In this document: positions 23,501 to 35,977 of the stretch, one piece after another
Layout of the letters: every line of letters begins with the position of its first letter
How positions within the stretch are numbered: position 1 is the stretch's first letter
Origin: Daphnia carinata
Taxonomy: Eukaryota
Direction of reading: 5' to 3'
Assembly (NCBI RefSeq): GCF_022539665.2
Contig: NC_081333.1
Location: 2,108,001 to 2,172,000 of the forward strand
DNA length: 64,000 bases
Made by a program: the position numbers and the translations under genes
Notes under the pieces: generated by a model
Database searches by the model: none
Told to the model about the DNA's origin: nothing
The model's input: the letters and a program-made list of their open reading frames with translations, nothing else

Positions 23501-26500
23501 GATTGGCAAGAGACATCGGGAAAGTTCTAAAACACATCGGAAAACTATTTGTCTTTCGGAATTAAGTTACTGAAATTTGTTCTAGAAGGGTTTGATCGTC
23601 CAGAACGGGGAAATCGATAGTTAATTCAATCCGATGTTTCCAATAACCCAATTTGTTAAAAGGCATCGTCAGTCTACTTACATAAGCCGTAAGATAACAA
23701 AATGCTTCATTAGATTGTCAAGACAGGCCTTTTTTTTCATCCTGGTCCCGAGTTGTTCAAATTCCTTTGCGAATTGCATTATCGTAGAATTGTTGCAATT
23801 TAAAATATCTGGTCCAACCGTAAAGATCGTTCCAGGGCAATTCCCTATAGCAGACGTACCACGTGATCACTCCCCTTCGTGAATTCTCCTAGGAGAGTGA
23901 ACACCGTGTTTGCCAATAGCAAGGCAACGGTGGGACATTATCGATTTTCACGTTTTCCCGAGACAACAGCGTGAGGTTGGGAAACAGTGCACGCGGCTAC
24001 AGAATCTCATCTGCCGCGTGCCCAAAAAGAGGGGCGGGTTCTTAATTTTGTTTATTCTTTCTCTTTCGGCGGCTTACACAAAGATAAATGACTTATCAAT
24101 GTTTTTTTTTTCTTGAACACCAAAACACGATGTGAACTTTATTGCTATAAGTTCTGTTTACGTGATCCTTGGTTACCACTTGGACGTGATTACAGCTGTT
24201 TCACGGCTTCGAAAAAGTCACGAGTCTGATTGAATTCTATATTCGGATTTGCTATGACGTCTTACCTCCTCCAATGCTTCTTGAGATATCGAGGGTGTCA
24301 TTGTTGCCGTTCTTTTTGTTATTTTCTTACAATAACAGTTTAAATGTAGGATTGGCTATATTTGTTAAAGGAAACGTGGGAGTCCTCTAAGTGCCCATTT
24401 TTATGAAAGAACCCGACACTCTACAACTAATCTAAATCGAGACGTGATTTTTAACAATTTGAACAAATTCCATCATTGATTTCCGTAGAATTTTCCTGGT
24501 TCAAATTGAGCTCCATTTTAGATGTATACCTAATCAGCAACTGCGTACTTCAAAGAACCAAACAGATCAATGCCATCGACTTGAGCGGTACAGCGTTTTA
24601 GACTGGCAGATGTCAACATTACGAGATGGTATTTTCAGGCGCTTTGATACGTAGTTGACGCTGTGTAAGCTGAGCCACGAGTACGATTTTTGTGTGACAT
24701 TTATGAACGAGGATGAACGATAAATAATCAGTTTCAGGACTGGACGGTCCGTTGCCAAGAGCACCGGATGATGACGCCCGTCTTCGTCTAGTAGCTGTTT
24801 TTACTAGGGTCTCGTCCAATATCGGTATCAGACATGACGAATAGTCTGTTAAAAGAAAACTTATTGGAATCACGCTCACGCATGAATGAACATCGTCGTC
24901 ATAGATACCGTTTTTGTACAAAGGTTACAGTTGATGCTAAAATCGGGATTTCATTTCACACACGTTACGTATTTAGTTGTTATGTGAAGGCTGTGACGTC
25001 CGTTATCGGTTTATTTCTAAGAGTTTGCTACTTTTGGATGGGAATAAAGCTAAATTATGCCAGTTCGGTGAGCCGAGTGTAATTGTTGGTCTATTTTTGA
25101 AAACGCAGGACGAATGGGTGGTGACGATTGTGCAGTTGATTGCTCTCTTCTATAAAGATCAACACGTTGAGAACATGCAGAAATTGCTGGGCACGTGGAT
25201 TAACGCCACCACGTCCGAATCATCCGAGGACGACGACGAGAGCAACACTTCGCCTCCAGTAATGGCCTTCACGCTATTATAACGATGCATTTTTAAATCT
25301 TCAATAATTCAACATTTCTGTCTTGGATCTTGTTACAGATTGGTCCGTGCAATAGTCCACAAATCCTAACGTCGTCGTCAGATCCGACATCCGATTCTTC
25401 TGATTCGGCACAGAGAAAAGCTTCCGGAATGTCTCCTCCAGGTAGGTCGAATTACATAATCGGGCTTCTAGAACTTTCGTGTTCCAATCTGCAATATCTT
25501 GTTATCAGACGAGAACTCTGAAGCTGTTACTAACGAATCACAAGGAGAAACTATGACGACAGTCGAAAAGAAAACTGTTGTGTCCAACACGACATCGAAC
25601 ACGAACCCAGTGACGGGAAAGCCGAGTCGGAATAAAGGTCACAAGTTTTCAACACTTTCTGGTGGTCCGGGAGGAGATACTGCTAGTACATCCAGCACAG
25701 CTCCTTCACAATACAGCAGCCAGTCAGGTAGACAATGAATTTGGAGATTATTATTAAAGACATTGTTAATAGTTTTATTGTTTATGTATCACGTTAGATA
25801 AATCCCGACGATCTAGCCAACATAGCGCTTCGAGTGGCTTTCACTCTGAGAATTCGGGAACTCATCATGCCAGCCAAAACAACAAGGAATCGGATGATCA
25901 TAAAGAAAAATCATCCAAACGTCGCTGTCATGGCAATTCACAGAATTCTGACAGGCGGAATGAAACTATGATTTCGACTTCAGTTCCTGTCATAATTAAC
26001 GCAGAAGCAGCTAATTCAAGTGGCATTGCAATTGCGATGAACCAACAAACTGAAGATAGTTCTACTAAGAGGTATCTTCGTGTTATGATAGAAAATATAA
26101 ACATAGTTGATGACATTCCTTCCCTATTTCTCTAGAAATAACAAAGTGAATCACAAAACTGGAAAAATGCCACCTCCAGAGAAAGAACAGCGAAGAAAAA
26201 AGCTGAGCAAACGAAGCCGGACCATTGGTCACATCAAGTTAAAGGCCGTCCAATACAGTCCAACAGAGGAAGATATTTCACAACTGTTGAAGGAGTTCAC
26301 CGTCGATTTTCTGCTCAATGGTGAATTTTAAAACGAATGTTTAATGACTAAAAAAAAACAGTACATTTCATAAATTGCTTCCTAACTTGATTTCGAAGGT
26401 TACAACGCCCTGGTGGGTCAACTACATCAACAGTTATTGCTGCAAGACGATCTTCCCTTGGACAAATCTCACTTTCTCTGGCTCATCACCTACTTTTTGC

Positions 26501-28524
26501 GATTTGCTTCCCAATTGGAGCTGGATATGGAACATTTCAAAGATGTCTTCACTATTGATCTTTTAAGTTACCTGACATGGGAGGCCGTCCGTGAAACTGA
26601 AGAGTTTGAAATGAACTCACTACGACCGTCGATAGACCTGAAACCGTGTTTGCGTCGGTTACACCTGGGTGTTACGGCCATCCGTGAATTCCTTCAGGCA
26701 TTGGAAACGTATTCACGTCTTGGAGGCTCGCAGACCGGTGGCAAAGGCCAGACGCAAGGCTACGAAGAAAGAATTGTTCAGTTGCGTGGTTACCTACCTG
26801 CCATTCGCGACCTTCGACAACTCTTTTTGCTGCAACTACGCCATTTCAATCCAATAATTCAAAGTCGGCGTTATCTTCGTGATGTCATCACAGCTAACCA
26901 TGTCTTATTACTCACACTCGAAAGAGCTGCTCAGCAATCATCGTATGGTCAGAGTTTTGATCTTCGTCAACATTTAAATCAGTTTTGTTCGAGAACGATA
27001 TTGACCCGCTATGGCCTCGCTCTTGAGGATTTCAAAACGAATGGTCCGTTTGTCAACGACTGCATTCTCACTGTATTGCATCATATCGGAGCCGATCTTG
27101 GCAGAGCTGATCTCTTGTGCGAACCAGTTATTTTACGTTCATTCAGTAAAATTTGGGAAGAAGAATTCAACGTGAGTTTTTACAATTTCCTTGTGGTAAT
27201 TTTGTATCTAATTATTGATTGGATTATTCAGATGTGCGATGATTGGGACGACCTGATTGAATACGTTGTGCAAAAGTTTTTGCGCAACTTCCAAACGGGA
27301 GGATGTTACGACGCCGGGTCACCTCAAAGAAGCGTGAGTGGATCGCCCGATCAAGATGGTTCGCCATCAGCCGAATCAGAACAACAGCCTATTGATCCCG
27401 AACAAACTGCTGGTGACGATGACATTTTTTACGAAGTACCAAAATCGGATATCGAATCACTCAGGGGTCAGCTTATGGATTCTGGTTCGTGCTATTCAAT
27501 AATTAGCGTTCAGTCGTCTTCTAACGTTTCATTTGTTATGTTGTTAAGGTTTCCAAAAACAGATGGATTGGGTACAGTCTTCTCTGTTGATATCATGTTC
27601 AGCTCGTTTGGGTACCTATATCGGCCAGGAATTCCGCAACCCCATAGCTAGCTTGAGTCTGAAAATGAACGTTTCATGTCCGATCGTCCCTTGGACGGAA
27701 ATAGAAGCCTCCGCCCTACGCTCAGATCTCTTCCTTATTCTACTGCATCGGTTGGGTCTCCTTCCTCCTGCCCCCCAAACGGGTCTCTATCCTCGCATTC
27801 CACGAGAATGGTCATCTGATACTCTTTACAGCGTTGCGCTTTCCTTCGGACCAGTCGAACAACAAAAAGTAGACTTTGACTTGGCCCTGGTCAGCAAAGT
27901 CGAATTACCCATTCCCAATTCGCTGGCTGATATGCCCGAAGATGGTCAGTTTTCATTTTATTCAACTACGTCGTTCAGATCATTAAACATCGATTATATT
28001 TTACAGGTTTATTGCCATTGACTTGGCAACCGTATCTGGGACCCGGTCCGTCTACGTCTCTCTCAGCGGTGCCCCATCACTGGCTGCACTGGGTAGAGCA
28101 ATCTGGCTCACTATTTCGTTCGGCAGAGATTACGAGCCATGGTCACAACAGTAGCCATAGCATCAGTAATCACAGCCATCGTCCATTGGACAGGTATAAG
28201 TTTTTTAAAATTTATCTTTACTGTAATGATTACATCGTTTCTGTTTTTAGCATCAGCACGACAAGCTCGTTGGAAGTCCACAAAACGGACTCGAGTGACG
28301 ATGAAGAAATGGAAGACGCCATTATAAGTGCGTCCGGCAATGCATTGGTTAACATGAACGCGCCTACATCATCGAATGAATCGGTTTCCATGGAAGAAAT
28401 CCGTCCCGATTGGACAGCGATGCAAATGAATATTGGTGGGGATACAAGTTGCAGTGAGGAACCATTCGAAATGGTACCTGTTGGAAATCAAACCTCCGCC
28501 ACGTCCCGTGAGGACCGTGTTTAA
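19851..28524 (+). CDS. tim: Timeless (Drosophila-type TIM1 circadian clock protein), ~1182 aa
   Basis: Exons 19851-19950, 21079-21173, 21261-21322, 21729-21912, 21980-22273, 25109-25258, 25339-25441, 25509-25727, 25798-26071, 26136-26320, 26399-27171, 27232-27484, 27549-27944, 28007-28193, 28251-28524 sum to 3549 nt (multiple of 3). TIM1 motifs [91 protein letters not shown]; basic NLS-like [11 protein letters not shown]. Confidence 0.96.
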
Positions 28525-28577
28525 AAAACAAAAAGAATTCATATATCATGTGTTTTAATAATAATCGAATTGTATGT

Positions 28578-28609
28578 TGGGATTCAGTTTGAATGGGATT
28601 CAGTTTGAA
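28578..28609. repeat. 16-bp perfect tandem duplication in the tim 3' region
   Basis: TGGGATTCAGTTTGAA x2. Confidence 0.9.
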
Positions 28610-30725
28610 TTAACCGTTTTCACATTGCGTTTCAGACAGGGCAGGGTTTTACACCGTTTTCTAGTGATACCTCAGTTGTATTAGTTTAGTAATTATTTTT
28701 CTCTCTTGCTCAGTCATTTTTTAAATCATTTTAGTTGAAGTATACCTTGTTTTTGAAGTTTTTTTTTTTCGTAACGGACCTCAACATAAAATAGAGCAGT
28801 ATTTGGAAACCCCTCCATATGCTTATATTTGTTGATGTATAAAAAAAAAATTTATTTACGCGTCGCTGTTCGACGAGGTAAGGTTTGAGCAAACGACAGG
28901 CCGTGATTTATTATTAATTGTGATGTATCAGATGGAAAAAAGAACTATTATTCCATACTCTACAAAACTAATCAGCCATATGAATTCAATTGGGTCGCCT
29001 ATATAATCGCATATGTATTCTAATGACCCAGCATATCTAATATTATACATGTGGTTTCTGTGATCAGAGATGAATGATGAGCGTCAATGTCATGACGTCC
29101 TCATTCAATCTACTCGTTTGCCGAAATCTATTAAACTATACATGTTTATCATCCGGAAGAATAAATGTGCATCATATCAATGGGCTACTTCATTTGTTCA
29201 CAATTTTTTAGAGGCCACATATTGATCATATCCTGAAATTGTGGGGGAAAATTAGTAGCCTCTCTCAGTTTGCCAGCCAATTGATTTGAAAACGTCAAAT
29301 GATTGTACGTACATAGCACTAACCTCTTCATCACGAGCTTCCTTGTCAATTGCACTAGATTTTGTGCTGAGTGCTCTTCCGAATAAGGAGCTAACACGTT
29401 CATTTTTCGGCATGCCCTTGATAGGAATAAATTCCAAATAAGGTATTCTTGCAATTTGTAGAGTCCCAGCCATGGTTAATACCAAATAAGCCAGGGGCCA
29501 TGAAATGTGTGTGCAAAGGCGAAACGCGGAATGTGACGTAACAGTGTTGTTATTATTCATTATGCGCACCGAAAACCTGTTGGTTTCCAACACCTATTGA
29601 ATATAGTCTTATTCAAACCAAATTCTGGTGACCATTTTTCTCTCGGTACAAAACAGTAGTGAAGCTAAGTTCAAATAAACACGGGATCGATACGAATTGA
29701 TGTCACCAAGGGTTGCAGAAGCCGGTTGACGATCTCCGGGCACTTCGTAAATGTCAAATACATCTAGTTTTGAAATGTGAAATCCTTCGAGATTATTTTT
29801 TAAAAATTTGTACCCTCGCCGTTATGACGATGTAACAAAAGGTTCTTTTCAAACCATATGAATCCGTGAGTTTCTTGAAGACACTTGATGCTACAGTTTA
29901 TTTTTTTTTCTTTTGAAATTTATAATGGCAATTGAAAGCATAAAAAAAAAATTACAATAAAACAATTTCCAACCGGCTATTTTACATATTTTTAAGGGCA
30001 AAGACATGTGAAAAGTCTTTGTCACATCGTTCTGTCTTTTTCTTGAAAGAAAAGAAAGTCTCAAAGAAACGGCGGTTCTTTGGTTTGTAACTATTGTTTT
30101 GGCATTATATCGTTGCTCGACAACGATTCCTGCAGTTCCATAGATGGATCACTGATCGTTGTCTTGCAACATCTTGGAAGCTGCTAGACACCGTAAAAAC
30201 AAAGTGGCCTGTGCAGCGTTATGCAAAATCAAAAGGCTGGAATTGCACTGCCTTCAAAAAATCGCATTTGCGTGTGTTCAGCAAAATTTATTGCATCGTA
30301 AATGTTAAATCTATTGCCTCGGTGTGTGCCAAGGATGTCTGTAGTTCGTTTAGCGAACGAAGAAAAGGGTGGAGTCAGACACGAGGATCAATAGGGCCAC
30401 GTGAGTATGTCCTGTAACGTGACACCAATAAGCATTGCATTTCTTTATTCAATTTTGGTACACGTTTTAAGTCATTGTGATGAGCACCTAACACAATTAT
30501 CCTGTTTCAATGTTCTAGTTATACTGTTAGTGAGCTTGTTATTAGTTTCGAGTGTCTACACTGGATACGAGGAAATAAAAGGTTTGACTCAGCAAATCCA
30601 CTTCCCTTATATTAAATTCAATTATGTGTTAACGTTTGATTAAGTTCTCTTGCAATCTGCAATATTGTACTTTCAGACGTGTAAATATTCGGCGACAATA
30701 GATCCCGGAAGATTACACATGTGTA

Positions 30726-30835
30726 CACTGCGTGCAAATAGTTCCATTTTTAGAACAGAACTAATAAAACGTGAACAGCCCACTGCGTGCAAATAGTTCC
30801 ATTTTTAGAACAGAACTAATAAAACGTGAACAGCC
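30726..30835. repeat. 55-bp perfect tandem duplication
   Basis: CACTGCGTGCAAATAGTTCCATTTTTAGAACAGAACTAATAAAACGTGAACAGCC at 30726-30780 and 30781-30835, followed by CAC. Confidence 0.95.
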
Positions 30836-32223
30836 CACAAGGAGATGACCATGGGCAAACCATCCTGGCCAAAGATTTTCATTGTTTTTTAGTGATTGTC
30901 CTTGGTTAGTTATTATTGTATAATTATCTTTTTGAATACTCTTTGTGAAATCTGAACCTTAGCACATCAACATGTTTTAACGATGGTCGTTAGTTGGTAG
31001 GTTTTGTTTGAACAATACCGGCAAGATTCTTTTGCTATGGTTCCAGGATCTCATTAGGGTTTTCTAAATTAGAGTCGCCATTCGCCAGAGACAAAGGCTT
31101 TTTTTTTCGCTTATTTCATAAAGTTTGATCCTTCGCCCAAAAGCTTAGCATTCGTCACCTAGCAACCAAAACACGAAGCCATTAAAAGCCTTCCATTAAC
31201 TTTATTATTGATGAAATAGTTTGATCTATAATTCTATGGATCGCATACAGCTGACGTCTTTGTGGAACTCGGATGAAGGAATAGAAGCCATCAGTTTAGA
31301 CCGGTTTGAGTGTTCCTAGAACGCAGATTAGCAATTCAGGAAAATTATTATTTGAGCGTGAATTCACCGTGTCTTTTCTGGATATTACTTGCATTTGCGT
31401 CATTCTGTCACTAGAATAAATTACTTAAATTTGTTTAGAACCTTTTTCAGCTACCGTTAAAAAATGTAATCATAAGACTCAAAATAGTGCAAGCTACCGA
31501 TTGGAGCAGTTTCCTATGATCATTGCATTACAATTTCCTCGTGTCGACGAAAACATTCGAAACACTTGACGAACATGATTGGATCACGTAGTACGAGAGA
31601 AAATTGGTTTATACGTAAAGAATGAGGGCATCCGCTTCTACTTGCATAACACACGGATAAATACGGAATGCTTCCGTTTTTTCGTACGATTAATATAAGA
31701 AAATAATCATTCGACTGAAATTGTTATCAAGCATGATTTTGAGGGCTTTATTTTGATCACTTGCACCACGCAAAGTCTATGAATAAATTACTTGTTTGAT
31801 TCCTATGGCAAGTTTTTTCTGTGAACATAACATTTTTGTTGGTCGTTCATGACGTTGTTTTCCAATAAAGTTTCTTGCTCTAAAACTGAAAATTGCTAAG
31901 GGGAGTTGGCAAGGGACGGAACACACCTGCTGGGTACTTCAAAATTGGCAATAACCTGAGGTCTTTGCATATAGAAAGCCTTGAAGAGGCCTGTTTCAGC
32001 GAAGTTGAGCGAGTTCTTAGAACACATGGAATTTTTAACGCAACAGCTGTATTTCAAGGATAGCCTTTGATATCACAAGTGTTCTCAGATACAGGTATAC
32101 AGGATGTTTGCATAGTGAATTTATATCACATACCTGTGTGAAAGGGCTGCACGATTGCTAAGTTATCGATACAGAAATTTATCTATCGGGCATATTACGC
32201 AGTGAATTGGAAATGAGATTTCG

Positions 32224-32330
32224 AGGCGTGGTCTAACGTAAATATGAATTTGTCTCGTGAGAAAAGGGCAAAGGAAGACGCGGCCTAAGATAAATATGAA
32301 TTTATCTCGTGAGAAAAGGACAAAGGAAGA
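32224..32330. repeat. ~52-bp imperfect tandem duplication
   Basis: AAATATGAATTT(G/A)TCTCGTGAGAAAAGG(G/A)CAAAGGAAGA occurs twice with related 5' flanks. Confidence 0.85.
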
Positions 32331-35300
32331 AAACGACAAGGTTACGAAAACGAACAGAGAAAAATGCCCGTGAAAAGGTTGTTACTAATTCTAATGCGGA
32401 CATGACAAACCTTGGCGCATTGATTTTATAGGGAACGTGTGAGAATAGGGTCCGAGGCAATTATTAAGCAGATAAATCTATGATGACACCATATTTCGGT
32501 ATTTTCTTCATGGAGACTCCGAGTAAAATTAATCGAGTATTGGTGGACAACCCACAAATCGTTTCGGTGCTGGCGCGGGCAATTTAGCAAAGGCAATTTA
32601 ACACTTAAAAATCTAGTCACGTCACGATGTTCTAAAATATAAATACCCTGTTGTAGTCGGTTAGTTTCTTGCACACACCTGTTTAATCTGTTCTCCATTG
32701 TCAAATATGTTTTCCTATTTTTTGCGCATGAAAGAAGATTCAGTCTTTGTTGGATTGCATTCAGATTAAGCAGGCTAATCAGTGTCTTCCGCTTTCCTCA
32801 GGTATGTTGTGTCCGGTTCGTTACCGGTTCATTAGTATTAGAATCATCCACTTACCAATTCATTTGCGGAACTAAAACTAAACGAAAAATTCTGAACTTA
32901 TTCTACTTTATTACACGTACTTGAGTCTACTTGAATGCGTAGTAATTTTTCATGTGAAACGTGTGTGCTATTTGCTTTATTCTAGAAGCATTACGCGGAA
33001 CGTCATGAAATAGCTTATACCAGAACCTGAAATATGCAGTGTAAGCTTCAGGGTCGTAATTCACGATGAGCCGACCGTCCACGTGATAGTTGTGCTTGCT
33101 TAAATATCTGATAAGTAATTGTTCATCTTAGCTGTGCTGGTTTATTGAAACTTTCGATTATTTCTTTATTCACGTAGTGGAAATCCCATAAAGGTTTATG
33201 TCTGCTCAACGGGGCGTAAGTGATTGATGTGGCAGCTTGGGATGTATTGATACAATAAGAACACAGTCCCAATTGTTTGTTGATGCTACGTGCTAACTCG
33301 TGGCAACTGGAGGTACCCTCTGATTATTTTCATGTTTCATCCTTGGTTACATCCAATTACCTAGTCTAGTAAACTGGAAAAGAAGAGCAGTAAGACGTTG
33401 GGTAGGAAAAATTCAGCATTGGGGAATAGCGTTTCTGGGATCTAAAGCTTTTAAAAACAATAAAATAAAAAAAATAAAAAATAGTCGTTTTAAAAAATCT
33501 GAGAAAAGAGAATTAAACAATACATGCCACGAATACTAAACAGTTCAGTGAGTCCAAACTCCAAAAGTTGATTGACGGAAGCGAATGAAATTTTTCCTAC
33601 AGAACCAGTTAGCAGAAGTCACGATAAGTGAAAATACGAATTTTGTCGGCGTAAAAGAACTCAAGGAGAGAACCAAAGCTGCAGACAGACCAAATTAACG
33701 CACTTTACTTCAAGAGCGTGACCATCTACAACATGATCCCCGCTAAAGAAATAACAACTTGCATATGTCAGCTCAGCTTAAAAAAAAACCTTCAGTATTT
33801 TCAATGTTGGCGTTTTTGTTTGAATTTGGTTAACTGCGTTGCAATGCTGACTACAAATTCATGCCTTTAGCTAAATACATATGTAGCATGACTCGTGACT
33901 GAGTCGAGTGGTGCAGTTATTGCTTTGTATTTTTGGAAACCGAAACCACTAAAGTGATTTGTGGCTTTCACGTTCTGCCATTATACTGTGATGTAACGTC
34001 GTTTATTGAGTTTGTTCGCATAATTTTAAGCTTCGCCTTGAACATCTGTTCTGCCAAACCCAAAGAAAACAAATCACGGTGAATGAATTATAGTTTATCT
34101 AGCAACGGAGCCTAATCTGTTTAAACCATTCATAGAAGGAACTAAGTCTAATCACATTTTTGGGAATGAATATATGATTGGTTTTATTTGATTCTATATA
34201 TCCAACTTTGTCCTTTTTTTGCGATCAATAGCACTTCCTTTAGCCATGTCTGGTTGACGCACGTAGGCAAAAATATTCCGGTTTTTACTTCTTGTTTGAG
34301 ATTTCTAAATAGGAATTTCATGGGCACATTCCTGTTTCATTAGACGTAGACTTTAAATTGCTATTGATTATTCATGTAAGAAAAGTAAAAGTAATCGAGT
34401 TATCATTTGTCATAGACGCAAAAGTTGACGACGTCTACCACAAGCAAAAAGATGGCTTACATCGGTATCAGCCTGAAAATCGATAATATTGTATGCCAAC
34501 GTGAATCGTGATGTTTACGTCACTAGCAGACGACGCACCTCCTTGTCATTTAACGTTTTTTTTAATACTGGTGTATGGTGAGAGGGACAGTTCGTTTATA
34601 TCCTTGGCAGCTTTCGGAGGAAAGCTCATAACAATTCGCTTTCCCATGCTTCTAGACCAGTGCAAAGTTACTCACGATTGCTATACAACCTGCCCGGTGC
34701 TTGCTTTCTGCCTCTTGAAGTCGTTGTCTCGGCTCAAATCATTTGGCATTGTTCTGCTGATTGAACCCTGACGTCTACTCGACGGAGAGCTGATTCTAAA
34801 TAATTGCCGACTCTTATCATTCCTGTCATATATCAACAATTTCTCCCTGGTCTTTTGGGTTTTCTGTCAAGTGGTTTCATGTTTGGTTAGTGGAACCCCA
34901 GCAGCAACGTGTGTCTGATCAGTGTTTGGTGCTCGCCACAACTCCTATAGGTAAGCGTACAATGTTCAAAACAGATGCTGCATGACCTGATTGAATCTAA
35001 CCACTAAATATGCCTTCCAGCAAATATGGTTATCGTTAAATTCTTTTCATATGTCCTTCTTTTTGCAAGTACAGCTTTTAGCAAGGTCTTAGAAACTCAG
35101 CCTCTGGTGGGCAGGCCTTCAGCCTTTCACTTTACGTGCTCTGCAATTGTAAGCACATTTTGCAGCCAACCCTTTTTTTTTTTGCAAACATACAACATAC
35201 AGTGTCTTACTCCTGTCTATGGCCAACCTATTCCGTCACATGCTATACTGGGTGTTTGGAAGTTTAAATTTATCACCAGATTCTTTGCGAGATAAGGTAA

Positions 35301-35744
35301 AACAACCAATTGCATTCATTGGTGTGGCAGTGCTTACACATACTCCACTTGCTTTGCATCATGTGGTTGTTTTAATGATAAACAGTGGGATCTGGAGATA
35401 AGCCAACCCTAAGGGCCTCAGTTTTTCTCCACGTGCGATTAGTCGGTAACTTGGTAGTAACCAGGTCAGTAAATATTTTGAAGTTCTCGTGCGCCATTGA
35501 CGATATCAGCATCTGCACGTAGACTTGGTAACGTGACATATGGAAATAATTTTAAATGAGTTTTTCCTGATCTATGGCTGCTTATAGTTTTCATTAGTAG
35601 AAAATAAGTAAAAAAAAAATTTATCTGGTTAATAGTTTAATTCAGGGACAAAAATGGCAAATATTACCGGCTGTGCATGCTTATCGTAATCATAAAATAC
35701 CATTGCATATTCAACTGCAATTGCGAAAGCGGGTATGAATGTAT

Positions 35745-35816
35745 GACTGCGTGGCGTAATGGTAGCGCGTCTGACTCCAGATCAGAAGGTTGGGTGTTCG
35801 AGTCACCTCGTGGTCA
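35745..35816 (+). tRNA. trnW-CCA: tRNA-Trp (anticodon CCA), intronless
   Basis: 72-nt cloverleaf: acceptor GACTGCG/CGTGGTC, D arm GCGT-AATGGTA-GCGC, anticodon arm TCTGA-CTCCAGA-TCAGA, T arm GGGTG-TTCGAGT-CACCT. A and B boxes intact; TTTTT terminator at 35821-35825. Confidence 0.96.
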
Positions 35817-35977
35817 CGTGTTTTTATTCTATTTGAGTTTTATTTGCTTTATTCTCGTTTTTCTGGTTCATTGGAAAGGGATTTGGTATTTTATTTTTAT
35901 TTTTTTTTTTTTTTTTTTATGTACAGAATTATCTACATTGACCCTATTTTCCACTGTCCCGTCAACGAAAATAGACG

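Noticed and set aside
19851..28524. Alternative identity as timeout/TIM2
   Set aside because: The MDWL start and the [11 protein letters not shown] and [20 protein letters not shown] blocks match Drosophila-type TIM1.
29185..29593. Minus-strand ORFs downstream of timeless
   Set aside because: No recognisable family or convincing splice structure; cannot be supported without a search.
30726..32330. Direct repeats as a possible CRISPR array
   Set aside because: Only two adjacent copies each, no unique spacers, no cas genes, eukaryotic context.
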